Positions 13,060 through 25,925 are shown, numbered from the stretch's first letter. The stretch: 61,807 nucleotides of DNA from Octopus bimaculoides (GCF_001194135.2 NC_068982.1:87087242-87149048), one strand, 5' to 3'. The notes: a model not told the origin generated them from the letters alone. Translations and numbers: made by a program.

Positions 13060-13680
13060 ACATAATTTTTCAGACCCAATATCGCAATATTAACAATGTC
13101 TCCTGCGTTTTGTAATTCTCTGTCACTTTCCTTCTGAGTAGGTAGAATCTGTCGGCATTGCTTTTAGTGGGGAGTGTATTGTGCATTATAGGCAGCTTTC
13201 TAGTTCTTCTATCCAAGTCCGTAACTCGAATTTTGTCCATTTCAGAAAAGAAGCGGAGTATTTTATTACGGGCATAGTCCATGTATTTTATTACGGGCAT
13301 AGTCCATGATTTTAATGATGTTCCCTCCATTTAGTTTTGTTTCAGGCACCTTCCTAATTCTCCTCTTGTACTCTTTAGTGATTTCTCTTTCATTTCTCCA
13401 TCCACTGTCCTATCGTCTCGCAGTACTCCTAGGTATTTGTATCCCTCATTATTCCACAGCGATCTAATGATATCGTGTGGTAATTTTATGCCATAATTTA
13501 CCTTCCGGCCTCTCTTGTATTACGCACTTATTTATCCCAAACTGCATTCCAGTATCTTTACTGAATACTCTCGCTGTTTGGATCAAAGAGCCTAAGTTTG
13601 TCTCCTTTTATGTATACAGTTTGAGGTCATCCATTCAAAAGTAGGTAATTCATTCGCATTTTGGATTTTCTTAGTATACT
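13060..13680 (-). mobile_element. R4/Dong-like RT/thumb fragment
   Basis: GYKYLGVL, PVIKY and DLDRRTRKL.IMHNTL.TKSNADRFYL motifs. A further piece (YHFLKKENLLSEKQKGC) lies at about 13990-14110. Confidence 0.75.
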
Positions 13681-14164
13681 TGTCAGAAGTTTTAGTATAA
13701 TGACGAAGAGTAATGGAGAGAGCGAGTCTCCCTAGAAAATGCCCCTGTGTATTTTCACGTTGTCTAACGATTCATTTGCACATGTCAGTTCTACTTGCTA
13801 CACACACTCATTGCTTTCTCCAAAACGTTGTTTATCTTCTCAGTGAATCCGAGCGTCCTCAGACACACCAAGGGCCAGCTCTGTGGAACATTGTCGTCAG
13901 CCTTCCTGTAATCTATCCATCTAGCAGCTAAATTCTTCTTCCTTACTCAATACTTTACTATCTACGTATAACAGTTCAGCAGGTTCCCTTGATTTCTTCT
14001 TTACATCCTTTTTGCTTTTCTGACAATAAATTTTCCTTTTTCAGAAAATGATATACTTCATCTGGTATGAAGCCATTTAATAGTTTCCAGAGTAATAGAT
14101 CTATAGTTACTGATTTTCTCTTCTTTTTTATTTTATTTTTTTTGTCCTGTATCAGATCTGTGAA

Positions 14165-14330
14165 TGCATTCGAATGCAGAACGGTTTCGTCTCTGTGCGC
14201 GCATCTCGGACAGTCCCACCTGGCAGCGCTTCTGTGCCTGGCTAGGTATTTCTGGAAGTTATCCATGGTAGTGCCATGGATAAGAGAATCACTTACCCTA
14301 TTTCTCTGTGGAGGCAGGTGTTCTGTCCTT
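14165..14330 (-). mobile_element. Inverted Tx1 ORF2 fragment
   Basis: MDNFQKYLARHRSAARWDCPRCAHRDETVLH, homologous to 2440-2590. Confidence 0.7.
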
Positions 14331-14659
14331 CCAGTTATTTGCGGGTGTCTCCACAAGCATTTTTATGTAGTCTTTTGTTTATGGTACTACGGAAATCTCC
14401 TTTCTTTTGGGATATTTTGCTTTCAGTATTTTGTAAGTTTGTTGTTATTTTTATCATTTTTATGTGAATAGTGGTGTTATGCGGGCTGCGATGTATTCAT
14501 TTAAAGTAATGGCTGTTTGTTTTTGAATATGTTTTATTAAGTTCTTGTCGTTTGTGTTTATGGCTGTGTAATTGATGATGCTTTGGGAGTGTTTTTCATA
14601 TTGTTGGTTTGGATTACGATGTGATTTCATTTGTTGAGGTGTATTGCTGACTTGTGGCG

Positions 14660-15255
14660 TTATATGACGAACAACTGTTATTGCCTGTGCGACGAATCTG
14701 ATCGCCCAAAACCCACTTTTAACAAGGCAGAGCAGACGGTGTTCCTTTATCTAGTAGCTATGGCGAAAGAGGTTGTGTGATGGTCGAGGGTGAAAGGATT
14801 AACGAAAAACACCTTCCTCTTTGGTCAAGCCCTCATCGACTTTTTTAAGTTCCACTAAGAAAGGAAAGTGAGGGTGTAGTAGGAAGTGTTGCCTTCCAGT
14901 GAATTTGCGTAAAGATGAGTGACAGTGGCAAAAATGGTTAGAGTGAATGGCTCTACTAGTCTGCGCTTGTAGATTAAAGAGCAGGAGAGAGTTCGTGTCT
15001 TTGATGGTTAGGATAAACCTGGATCTGTGGGTTTCGTTGACTGGCCCTAGTTGCTGTTTCTCTTGTATCAGGAGGTCTGCATCATTCATGTTATCATATA
15101 CTTTGTTTACTATGTTTTTATTGTATTGCACTGTCTTTTCCATTTCTTTCTCTCTGTCATTTATGTAAATCCCCACACAGATTGTTGTCTGTCCTTGTGA
15201 TGACCCCACCTCATGTATACCCCTGTGGCTAATAAAAGAAATTATTATTGTTATT
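14660..15255 (+). mobile_element. Tx1-clade LINE 3' end
   Basis: FLYLVAMAKEVV..SRVKG, homologous to 2700-2950; 3' UTR ends in AATAAA and (ATT)n. Confidence 0.8.
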
Positions 15256-15264
15256 ATCATTTCT

Positions 15265-15600
15265 TTTTATCACGGGTTTTGTTGGAACTCCCGGAGTTTT
15301 GCACGCGTAGAGGGCTTGCTGCCTGCAGCCTACGGTACCATGCTATCTGTTCTTTACAACTATCTAATACTTTCCTGATTATTCTGGCCATGCCAAGGAG
15401 ACAAACCTTTTGTAACAGTTTTTCTGAGCACTCTATTCCTATTTCCTTTGTCTTCTTCTTATTATTATTATCATTTTTTTTCTTTCTTCAAATTTTCTTC
15501 CATTTCTCGCCGAGTGTTTTCCGTACACCTAGGGCAGAGAAACTCATTGTATGCATTCCCAGAAAATTTGCTGTAGCCCATCTTTTACACAGAAGCAAAA
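15265..15600 (-). mobile_element. R4/Dong-like extreme 3' end
   Basis: LLQKVCLLGMARIIRKVLDS*, near-identical to 9340-9500. Confidence 0.75.
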
Positions 15601-16744
15601 CATGTACATGATAGCACTTCCAATCAGTTAAGATCAGAAGTCATAGTCAGTACCTGATATTGCATCAGGGCATAGCTACGAAAGCCAGTGCCTGGTATTG
15701 TATCTATTATTAAAAGTGGCAAACTGCTAGAATTGCTTGCATGCCGGACAAAATGCTTAAAAGCATTTCTTCCATCCTTTTATGGTTTGGGTTCAAATTC
15801 TGTAGGAGTCGACTTTGCCTTTAATCCTTTCGGGGTCAATGAAATAAAGTACTGAGATTGACGTAATCGATTATCTTGCTAAACCTAGTTCAGTCTAAGC
15901 CAGGTTAATTTAGTCTGCATTATGGTATATTGTGAAAGTCAGATGCAATTAAAGCTTTCAGTGAAATGAAAGCTTCCTCACAAGTTAGACATTCAGTGCT
16001 TTTATTTGCGAGGGCTTTAGTCTCCATTTTAATAGAGCTGTAAGAATCTATATCAGACTTTCTGTATTTATCCAAATTTCTATGACCTAATAATTTATTA
16101 TGCATAAACCTATCTACTTCGTATTGATTAGAGTTTTAAATAATCGAATATCTTTAGCTATTTTAGATTGTAAATAGTCAGAGTAAGGGTACTTGCTAAA
16201 TTCTGCCAATTAAAATGTCAGGCAGCCACTCTCTCGGTGATACCAAAGTCACATAGTTTCTGACATGATCAACTTTGTCAAAGGCCTTGAGAATTACATA
16301 TATGTAACTGTGTACATGTGTATTATATACAAGATAAAAGCATTGATGCCAATATGGTAGAGTCTATTGAAGTACAAGTCTCCAGTATGCACTACTTATT
16401 TATTGTTTTATGATGTTACATAATATTTGCCTAATTCACTCTTCAGGTATGTACTCAAACATCAACGATCTTAAGAAGAGCAGGAGAAACAAGGACATCC
16501 TTTTATTATGGGAAACTTTTTAGAAATGGAAATTAACTCATACTGTCACCAAAAGGGTGCTAAACGAATGCATATCTGCGAATATATGTGTGCATACAAA
16601 CATACATGTAAACACATTAAAAAATGTGCATCCGTGTCGAGAAACACATATACATACACAGGCATAAAAGCATACCACAAACACAAAGAAATTCAAGCAG
16701 ACTGATACACATACAATCACGTATATGTATTTCCAAAGGTGCAT

Positions 16745-17103
16745 GCCTTGTGATGGCACCTGTGCCCAGCATCGCATTCCTGGCACTTGTGCCGGTAGCA
16801 TGTGTAAAGACATTCGAACGAGATCGTTGCCTGTGCCGCCGGACTGGCTCCTGTGCAGGTGGCACGTAAAATACACCATTTTGAGCGTGGCCATTGCCAG
16901 TATCGCCTGACTGGCCTTCGTGCTGATGGCACGTAAAAGCACCCACTACACTCTCGGAGTGGTTGGCGTTAGGGAGGACATCCAGCTGTAGAAACTCTGC
17001 GAAATCAGATTGGAGCCTGGTGTAGCCATCTGGTCCACCAGTCCTCAGTCAAATCCTCCAACCCATGCTAGCATGGAAAAAGGACGTTAAACGATGATGA
17101 TGT
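16745..17103 (+). mobile_element. RTE-tailed repeat, family C (ggcacgtaaaagcaccc...ttaaacgatgatg)
   Basis: Same sequence forms the 3' end of the RTE fragment at 50216-50455. Other copies at about 17990-18190 (-), 18655-18775 (+), 24710-25030 (+), 28420-28510 (-) and 32190-32465 (+). Confidence 0.8.
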
Positions 17104-17319
17104 AAGTATGTTTGTGATGTTTCCATGAACATATACATGAGTGTATATGTATGTTGAACACTTAAAGGGAGATAAACCCCTTAGGTCACTGCACGAGTTG
17201 GTTCCCATCTCTCAAATTTTCCCCAATACAAAATGAATATCGTGTTACATTAGTAGTGTATTCTGAAGATTGTACTCTATTAACTTTTGTTATAGTATAG
17301 CCCTAAAGTGAATAATGCT

Positions 17320-17581
17320 TTGTGAGTGAATTTGGTAGACAGAACTGTGTGGGAGCCTTTCATACGTGTGCGTGCGTGTGTGTGTGTGTGCACGCATGTT
17401 TGTGTTTGTCCTCCACCACTCCTTGGCAACCATTGATGGTTTGTTTACGTCCACATAATTTAGCAGTTTGATAGAATAAAAACCAGACTTTAAAATAAGT
17501 TCTGGAGTCAACTTGTTCAACTAAGCCCTTCAAGACGATGTCCCAGCATAGCCACAGTTCAATGACTTGAGCATGAAAAAG

Positions 17582-17585
<4 letters not shown>
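17320..17585 (+). mobile_element. Decayed SINE family A copy
   Basis: TG core followed by ...gatagaataa...cagcatagccacagttcaatgact tail. Confidence 0.65.
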
Positions 17586-17641
<56 letters not shown>

Positions 17642-17943
17642 ATATATACACACACACATACATATATATGTTAATATTGAACAGTGAGGATGAGTGCTCA
17701 ACACTGCATTGGTGGATAAATATTCTTTATTTGTAGGTTAACCAGGCTACTTCATGATCAGAGAGATCTCTTGATTAATTATCAAGCCTGTCATATGGAA
17801 TGTTAATGTTCATCACCATCTTGGATGAAATTATGATTGACCTTGTACACTAGTTCTTTCTCTAGGGGACAGCTACTCAGAGATTTACAATTCAAATCTA
17901 TATCTAGATCTTTAATTGGTGGATTTTTGTCAGATCTAAAACC

Positions 17944-17976
<33 letters not shown>

Positions 17977-19149
17977 CATCATCATCATTTAACATCCGCA
18001 CACATCGTTTTCCAACATGTCTTCTTTGCTGGAATGGTTTGGTATGTTTGCCAGGATCTGATTGGGCCAAGGGCTGCATTGTGCTCCAGTGTCTGCTTTG
18101 GCAAGGTTTCTACAGCTTGATGCCCTTCCAGATGCCAACCATTTTCCAGATTGTATTAGGAGCTTTTTTTTTTTGTGTCATCAATACTAGTGAGGTCACC
18201 ATGTGACTTGGAAGATTAAAATCCCTTTCAACTGATGAAAGGTTAAAGTATGAAGGAAGGGTCACAACAGGATTCATACAGTAGAGATGGCTGCTTACAT
18301 TATACAAATGGATGGGAGTAATTGGTGTGGAGCTTGAAAGAGAGATAAAGATGATAAAGACAAAATATCTAGGTGAGCTGTAGGAGCAGGAACAGAAAGG
18401 GTGGCTTGATAGAGGTTGCAAAAGTCTATAAAGAAGTAGATGATATACAAGAGTTGAGGTAGTGAGGATTGATAAATGTAAATTGGAAGGTAAGGGAGGG
18501 CAGATGATGAGCAGAGATTGGGAAGGTATATGGATGAATGTAGTGATTGGTGGTGGGTGATCAATGGAATGTGAGTTTTGGGAGAAGGTGAGAGGCAATA
18601 CAGAAGATTGACAAACAGTAGGATAATAGTAAAGTAGGGTGAGAGAAAGGGAAAAGGTTGTTGGTATTAGGAAGAGCATCCAACTATAGAAACCATGTCT
18701 AAGCAGCAGACACTCTCCAGCCCATGCCAATATGGAAGATAGACATTAAAAGATGATGCTGATGATGTATGTGTGTGTGAGAGGATTGTAAGAGCATGAG
18801 TGGAGAGGAAGACATACAGTGTGGAGATACTAAGAAGATGTATAGTAATAGGAGTCGCTCAACAGGAAGTGGTTCTGAGGAGGGAGAAGAAGGAATCATT
18901 TGATAGCACTGAATGGTTGGTAAAATCAATGTAAAACATAAGTGGAGAAGAACAATGTTAAGAATGAAGGATGGATTTCAAGTGAAATGGTTCCAGGTAG
19001 TGAGAAAAGCAAATGGTACCACAGAAATAAAATGATAAAATATGTAGTTCAATCCTCATTTAATTATAGTAGTATATTATTGCAGTTGGGCAAATGATGG
19101 AGAGATCAGTGATAGAAAATGAAAGAAGGGGAAGATCTGATGACAAAAT

Positions 19150-19680
19150 TAAACAAGGGAATCAATTATGTTTAGAGATGGTCATGTCTTCTCAAGCTTA
19201 GAATTTCACCAGTCATCCCAGTCTTTTGTCATCTCCTCCAAGAAATTCAACCTTTTCTACTTTGTCGTATGTCTTTCTAGGTTTCCTTCTTCCACAAGTT
19301 CCATCCATTCCTTTATACAGCTGTCCTCGCATGATCATACTAGTGCAGTCTTCTTTCTTTATACCCATTTTTTATCTCAACACTTGGTCATTCATGAACA
19401 CTAACTATGTACATCTAGCAGGTATGTTTGCTTCATTTCTTTCTAGTCTTCATATGTCTTCTGCATTCAGGACTTACATCTCACTATTATGTAGCATTGC
19501 TGTTTGTACACAAGTATCACACAAGCTGTCTTTCACTTTCAAAGGAAAACATTTTAGCTCTCTGAACTTTCTCAAACCTGTTCTTATTCTAAGTACTACT
19601 TTCACCCCAACTCCTTGACCTAAGGACAAAAACTATTAACTTTAGGAATCCTCTTAGGCATTTGATGAAATGTATTTCCC
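19150..19680 (-). mobile_element. Decayed RTE-clade LINE 3' fragment
   Basis: Frameshifted RTE C-terminal motifs (GTCGRRKPRKTY). A related fragment lies at 52310-52900 (-). Confidence 0.55.
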
Positions 19681-19840
19681 ATCTACTTTTAGTGACTATT
19701 GCTCCTATGCATCTGCCACCTACAAAGTGTACTTTCTTTGTTAATCTACCTGTGATACTACTGCGCATCTTATGTGTCTACAGTTTACATTGAATACACT
19801 GTATGGAATTTTTACCTACTAATATATATTTTTTTTTTTT

Positions 19841-19889
<49 letters not shown>

Positions 19890-20169
19890 TGCGAGAGATA
19901 GACAGAGAAGACCCACAAACAGACAGACAAACAGAGAGCAAATATGCATGAAAGTTGAAATTTCATATTTGTTATTGCTTGAGTGAAACAATGATGATAT
20001 TGATAATTTGATGACATTGCAATCAGTTGCTCTGTGCTTTCAAAGACCTCTGGAATAAGCAATCCCTTACATGAAAGAGAGGTAAGAGTTGGTGACAAGA
20101 AGAGCATCTTGCCATAAAATCCTACTAGCATTAAACAAAAAAACAGACATTAAAGTAACTAATGTAGAC

Positions 20170-20200
<31 letters not shown>

Positions 20201-21042
20201 TACATTAACTCTTTATCTGGAATCACTTTAACTCTTCCAAACTACATCTATTTTTCACTGTATTACATACACACTTTTTCTTCAGCCCACACATAGATTA
20301 TCTGTCATGCTGAAAGTAAAAAAAATAACCAAAATGTGTTCAAAATTATATTTATTAGAATAAAATGGTAGCTATAAAAATATTTGAAAATTGTTTCTCA
20401 TGATTACCTCCCTCCTCAATGAATAGCAAATTATATTTCACAATATATCAGTTTCTAATTTAGACACAAATACAGCAATTTTGAGGGAGAGTATTTAGTC
20501 AATACCATTGATGCCAGTATTTATTAGATACTTTATTTTATTGGTCCCAGAGGGATGAAAGGCAGAGTTGACCTCAGTGGGGTTTCAACTCAATAAGTAA
20601 AGAACTAGAAGAAATATCACAAAGCATTTCTTGCAACACTTGATTTTGTTGGCTCATTGCCCTAATAATAGTTTTAAGGTGAAGATATTAGTCAATATCA
20701 TTAACCCAGTACTGTATTTTCTCAACCCTGGAGGGATGAATGGCAAAGGTGCCAATCCACCACCACATGTTAAAATATAATATAATGTAAAAATAAAAAA
20801 ACTATTGCATTATTGCTCACAAATCAGACATAAAGACAGAAAAATAATAAGCAAGATCGATCTCTTAAATTCAGAAATTACAAACCAAAAGTTTTCCCCT
20901 CTAATGATTTTCAAATATGAATTTCTTTTTAAATTCCAAATTGTAAAGTTATATGTATATGCATTTGAATATATTTTAATAAATTTGTATAAAAAATATC
21001 AAATAATATTCTTAGATAATATTTTCAATTGATTATTTTAGC

Positions 21043-21126
21043 TTACAATGTAGGACGATCTCCAACACCATTACAAAGGTCATATACTTTCTCACAAACA
21101 TTAAAACTAAGCTTCTTTGCATCTTC
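21043..21126 (-). CDS. PGM3: PGM3 terminal coding exon: EDAKKLSFNVCEKVYDLCNGVGDRPTL*
   Basis: 84 bp, tttcAG acceptor, TAA stop; resembles the orthologue C-terminus V..LAGGIGERP. Confidence 0.92.
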   Translation of the reverse strand, partial: EDAKKLSFNVCEKVYDLCNGVGDRPTL

Positions 21127-21766
21127 CTGAAATAGAAAGATAACAACATTAGTGTCTGCTCAAAAAGTTGGACAAAGTAAAGAGGGGTGAGGAGTGGGAG
21201 TTAATCTGAAACTACAAACAAGTACTGAACTCTTTTCAAAACACAAAAACATTTCTACAGTAAAATAATCTATGGAAAATATGAAACTGCAAAGAACATG
21301 AACTTCTATATATATGGATATCATAATTACAAATTATATCTTTATCAAAAAAAATAAATAAAGGCATCAGTTTTTTAAAAAAATCACAATTTGAAATAAT
21401 ATCATATTTTTTATTTTGTAATTTGCAATTTAAGTTCGATTAAATGGAAGGAAATGAGCAACATATACTAGAATAAATTACTGTAGCAGAAATAAAAATA
21501 CAACATACAGCTTATATTACTCCACACTGAAACAGTATCAACTCCCCACTGAAAGTAACTAGTTCTCTTGAAGTAAATACATGAGGATAATGCTACAAAG
21601 AAATATTAATTTTAAAAAGCTACCTTTTCAGATGTTCCATTTTCCAACATATTAATTTTGAAAGATTCTGAAAGTCTGTTAAACCATATATAACATATAT
21701 ATCATCTTCATCATCATCATGATATATATATGATACATGGTTTATAATATTTATATATATTTATAT

Positions 21767-22849
21767 ATATCAATTTAAATAAGAGCCATAACGCAATCCT
21801 ATAATAAAACTTGTTTAATATCCTATGCACATTTCCAGATAAGAAAATGGGGCCTTGCATCTCTTCAGGGCCAAGTTACATTAATTCACAGCAGACAACA
21901 TTAATAGTTGTCCTTAAATTACATGTGTATAAAGGAGATTTATAATCAGGTTGTAACAACATGAACAAATTGAAACTGCTTGCAATATCGGTTAAGAAAA
22001 CCGTTATATAGTAAAGTAACTAAGTAGAGTTGTTAACTTAGGATGTTAAGTAGCAACAAGCAAACGATGCTGTATATTCAATAAAAACCGTTGGACTTTT
22101 GAAAGTAAATAAAACAAAGAAAGAAAAATTATCTGTTATAGATCTGAATAGAAAAACAAATATAAATTGATGGTCAATGAGAGGTAAATCTAGTAAATAA
22201 TATTTTTGATTTACATAATTCACTCCATTGTGAATAATCATAACAAATAATTATATTTATTTTTAAGTTTAGAATAGTTATGAGACTTGTTTTAAGGATA
22301 TGCAAACAAGATAAATTAGAAAATATAAATTACAAAATAAAATAAATTAGGTCATATTCAAATTGCAACCATCAAAGTTTTAAAAATACATTACATTAGC
22401 TTAGTAGTGGAATTCAAATACAATATTAATGAAGGAAGGGATTTAATCGATAAGGTAAAAAGTAAACAATTATTTCGATGCCATCGATACTAAATTACAT
22501 AGAATTATAAATGATAAATCAAGTAACTAAGATCAAAACTCATAAGTGTAATTATAGAAAAAGGTTCTATGAAAATAAACGCAATCCATGTTAAATTAAT
22601 ATCATTGTATGGATTTAACTAACCCCTCCAAGGCAGGTTACTAAGTAAAATAACGTAGGATATTAAGGTAGGATATTAAGTAGCTACATGCATACGATGT
22701 GAATTAATGTAACTTGGCCCTGAAGAGATGCAAGGCACCATTTTCTTATCTCAGACAAGAGTGAGTCGGGATCTTGCATGGAAATGTGCATAGGATATTA
22801 AACAAGTTTTATTATAGGATTTCGTTATGGCTCTTATTTCAATTGATAG
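21767..22849. repeat. Inverted repeat with arms at about 21767-21892 and 22700-22849 around an 800 bp AT-rich spacer
   Basis: Arms are reverse complements by eye; the left arm lacks a 28 nt block present in the right arm. Confidence 0.9.
22715..22797 (+). ncRNA. Hammerhead-ribozyme-like motif with extended stem II (degenerate)
   Basis: CTGAAGA (22720-26), G, ATGCAAG...CTTGCAT, G, GAAA (22781-84), TGTGCA, TA. Stem I weak (cc/gg). Confidence 0.45.
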
Positions 22850-23725
22850 GCACCCAAAATTGTATCACATTTGAAAGTCTTTATATTTAAGCAAAGTATA
22901 AACAACTTTTCAAGTGAGAATTTTGCTACTTTGATAACAGGNNNNNNNNNNATATATTTATTTTTACTCACATATATTATATATATATATATATATACAT
23001 TTCAGTCATTGGACTGTGGTCATGATGCCTTTAAGGGTTTAGTGAAACAAATTGACCCCAGTGCTTTCTTTCTTTTAAAGCTTAGTATTTATTCTATTGG
23101 TCTCTTTTGCCAAACCACTAAGTTATGAAGAGATAAACAAGCCAACACTGGTGGGGGACCAAGATGTTGGCCATTTCAAAATTATGGTGAGTTGAGCTGA
23201 TGTAGAAAATGAGTTACGAAATGAAGGGCTGGAAAAAGCCAAATCAAAGTAAGGAAGGGTGGTGGATTGTTAGACTTTAATGAGGATGATACAGGTAAAG
23301 GTTGTGATAAAAGTTCGATGAATGACAAGGGAATTAAATGAAAGATGCTAAGAAATTTCTATCCAAGTTGGTTTCAGTGAATAAACACAAAAGTTAAAGT
23401 AACAACAGTAAATAACAGATGTTAATGAGTGAAAGTTAAATATTTATATATTTATTATATATTTTCAATGTAAGCTGACAAAATACATATATTCAGTAAG
23501 GTCTGATAGTATAATTGGAACTGTTTGTGTTGTTACTGTTGGATAAAAGAATATGGACAGGTATACAGTGTAGGTATAAAGTAAGACAATATCAAAATTA
23601 AAAAACTTTTTACATAAAGTACTTAGCAGAAAAAGTGACATTGAAAAGTCAATATGAGATGTAGTGAGAAAATTACTATTTGTAAATTTCACAATGAGAG
23701 ATATTCAGCAACAGTACTTTGGAAT

Positions 23726-24171
23726 AAAGATTGTTTGCCAGCATAACATGGCAGTCCTGGTTTAGGATGAATGTTGCTGTAATTTAGCCCCAGGAGACAT
23801 CGTCTCCAGCTGACTATACGACACGATCTGTGTCCTTATATTTTCAAACAAGAGAATCTAGCACCCCCACTCAGCTCAATTTATAGATCAGTGACTAGTT
23901 GTCACTTTGAAAACTATATATTTCAAACAGGAATTTGGCAGCGCCACCTCCAGCCAAACAATTATTCTGTGCTGATGAAGGGAAATAACCCGGAAATCGT
24001 GATACACAGATATTGTTTTGAGCTGAGTTAGGGTGCTAGATTCCCTTGTTTGAAAATATAAGGACACAGATCGTGTCGTATAGCCAGCTGGAGAAGATGT
24101 CTCCTGGGGCTAAATTACAGCAACATTCGTCCTAAACCAGGACTGCCATGCTATGTTGACAAACAATCTTT
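23726..24171. repeat. Foldback with 154 bp arms (23726-23879 / 24018-24171) and a 138 bp spacer
   Basis: Arms are near-perfect reverse complements with scattered mismatches. Confidence 0.95.
23966..24010 (+). ncRNA. Type I minimal hammerhead ribozyme motif
   Basis: tctgtg-CTGATGA-aggg aaataa cccg-GAAA-tcgtga-TA-cacaga: 6 bp stem I, intact core, near-palindromic stem III. Confidence 0.8.
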
Positions 24172-24537
24172 GTAGTGTTGATTATTTTAGTGAAGGAAAG
24201 CAATTAAGAGTTTATAGGTGGAAAGAAATCCTATTTAAGAATGTGAAGATAAGAAGCATGATGGTAATTCAAAGAAATGTGCTGAGTGCTCAACAAGATG
24301 AAATAAATTAAGATATGGTTAGAAAAAGATGGAGATGTAAATTAAGCCCCACCGACTCTATATATATACCTAGGTTTTCACCACTCACTTCCCCACTCTG
24401 CACTCATTAATCACACTTCCTTTGAAATATCCTGCCACTTATATCATGGCATTTTGAACCTCAAAGGTATGCCCTGGCACTTGCCACCATTTTTATTTCT
24501 CTCTTCCTCTACTCAACCATCCCATTTATATTCTGAT

Positions 24538-24577
<40 letters not shown>

Positions 24578-25019
24578 CTGCACTTCCCTCAGCTTGAGTA
24601 ATCATGTATTTCCTTTACAGTAGCGCACCTGTTTCTGTCTTCATTCCTGATCTCTCTCTCTATCTATCTATCTATCTATCTAACTATCTATTTATCTCCC
24701 TTGCAAGTACTTGGTGACCCTGTCAGTGCAGGTGCCACTTAAAAACACCTAGTCCACACTGTAAAGTGGTTGGTGTACAGAAGGGCATCCAGCTGTAAAA
24801 ACCTTGTCAAAACTGACCTCACCTGTGCTTGTGCCACATAAAAAGCACTAAGTCCACTCTGCTGAGTGGTTGGTATTAGGAAGGGCATCCAGCTATAAAA
24901 AATCCTACCAAAACAGTCACAGAAGTCTGGTGCAGGCTTCTGCCTGGCCAGCTCTTGAGAAACCGTCCCACCCATGCTAGCATGGAAGGAAGACATTAAA
25001 TGATGCTGATGATGCTGAT

Positions 25020-25700
25020 GCTGATGATGACAGTAATAAAGAGGGAAGTTGAATGGTTTAAAAGACTGGAAAGATAATAAAGTATAGTGAAAATAAAAAG
25101 GAATGTATGGGTGGTTTGAGGAATGAATGAAGGGTAAAATATATAGAGAGGGTCAGGTTTGATGGTGGGTAAAATAGTTGGTTGAAAATATTTGTAGATT
25201 CCGAGTGTTCTGTGGATATTGGGTAGGACCCTATCTGAAAGCTGATTCAAGGTTTTATCTCTGGTGAACAGTGTTTACAAACTCTTCAATATATATAAAC
25301 TGTAAGGATTTTTATTATTGGCCCTAGACAAGATCTTTTTTTTATTTAGATTATGCAGTGGAACTATTTTTATTGTTAATAAAGTTTGGTATCTATTAGT
25401 AGATACCATTGCCAACTGTAGAGCTATTGGTCAAGTTAACTATACACTGGTTGACAATATCCTTAGCTCAGCAATTAGAATCTAGGAGACAAGTGTTAGA
25501 GTTGATGTCATTACATAAGTGTCTGAGTGAATGTATGTCAAGTCTAACTGGCATTGACATGCTTGGTTAGGTTTTGGATAAATTTAAGGGTTGTACAATG
25601 AGATTTGAGCAGTATTTTTGTTGAAAATTTGATTATATTGATACCTTACAGAAACAAAAGAAGAGATTTTATGGCAGTAAGGAATAATATGTGACATCTT
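25020..25700 (-). mobile_element. Decayed L2/CR1-group LINE 3' fragment
   Basis: Purine-rich on +; minus-strand translation resembles L2/Crack C-termini (LNQLSDRVLPNIH...). Similar tracts at 18290-18650, 50560-51060 and 56150-56560. Confidence 0.4.
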
Positions 25701-25873
25701 CACCTTTCTTAACATTATTAGTGATGTAAGAAAAATAACTACAACTGAGAAACGATAGTTTATGATGAATTCAGAATATTACAGAAGGAAGAATAGCAAT
25801 TGGATAAGTACATTAACAGTCAAAATTATATCAAAGAACATTAAAACATAAATACAGAAGATTTTCCCCTTAC

Positions 25874-25925
25874 AATAGTGTCTGCTTCTGAAAATACTCT
25901 AACAACATCTTCCGTTCCAGAAGGA
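25874..25925 (-). CDS. PGM3: PGM3 exon: (R)PSGTEDVVRVFSEADTI (phosphate-binding loop)
   Basis: 52 bp, tttcAG/GTaagg; RPSGTEDVVRV motif. Confidence 0.96.

Noticed and set aside
15920-16105. 61 aa minus-strand ORF as a further exon or neighbouring gene
   Set aside because: No recognisable homology, and it lies beyond the PGM3 stop codon.
16538-16946. Overlapping ORFs of 70-134 aa
   Set aside because: They lie over microsatellite plus the family C repeat.
20351-20980. PGM3 polyadenylation signal candidates (ATTAAA at 20975-80, AATAAA at 20351-56 on minus)
   Set aside because: Such hexamers are frequent in this AT-rich DNA; 3'-end sequencing is needed to choose.
21900-22700. AT-rich spacer as a possible mitochondrial insertion
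   Set aside because: No recognisable mitochondrial protein, rRNA or tRNA motif in the parts I translated.
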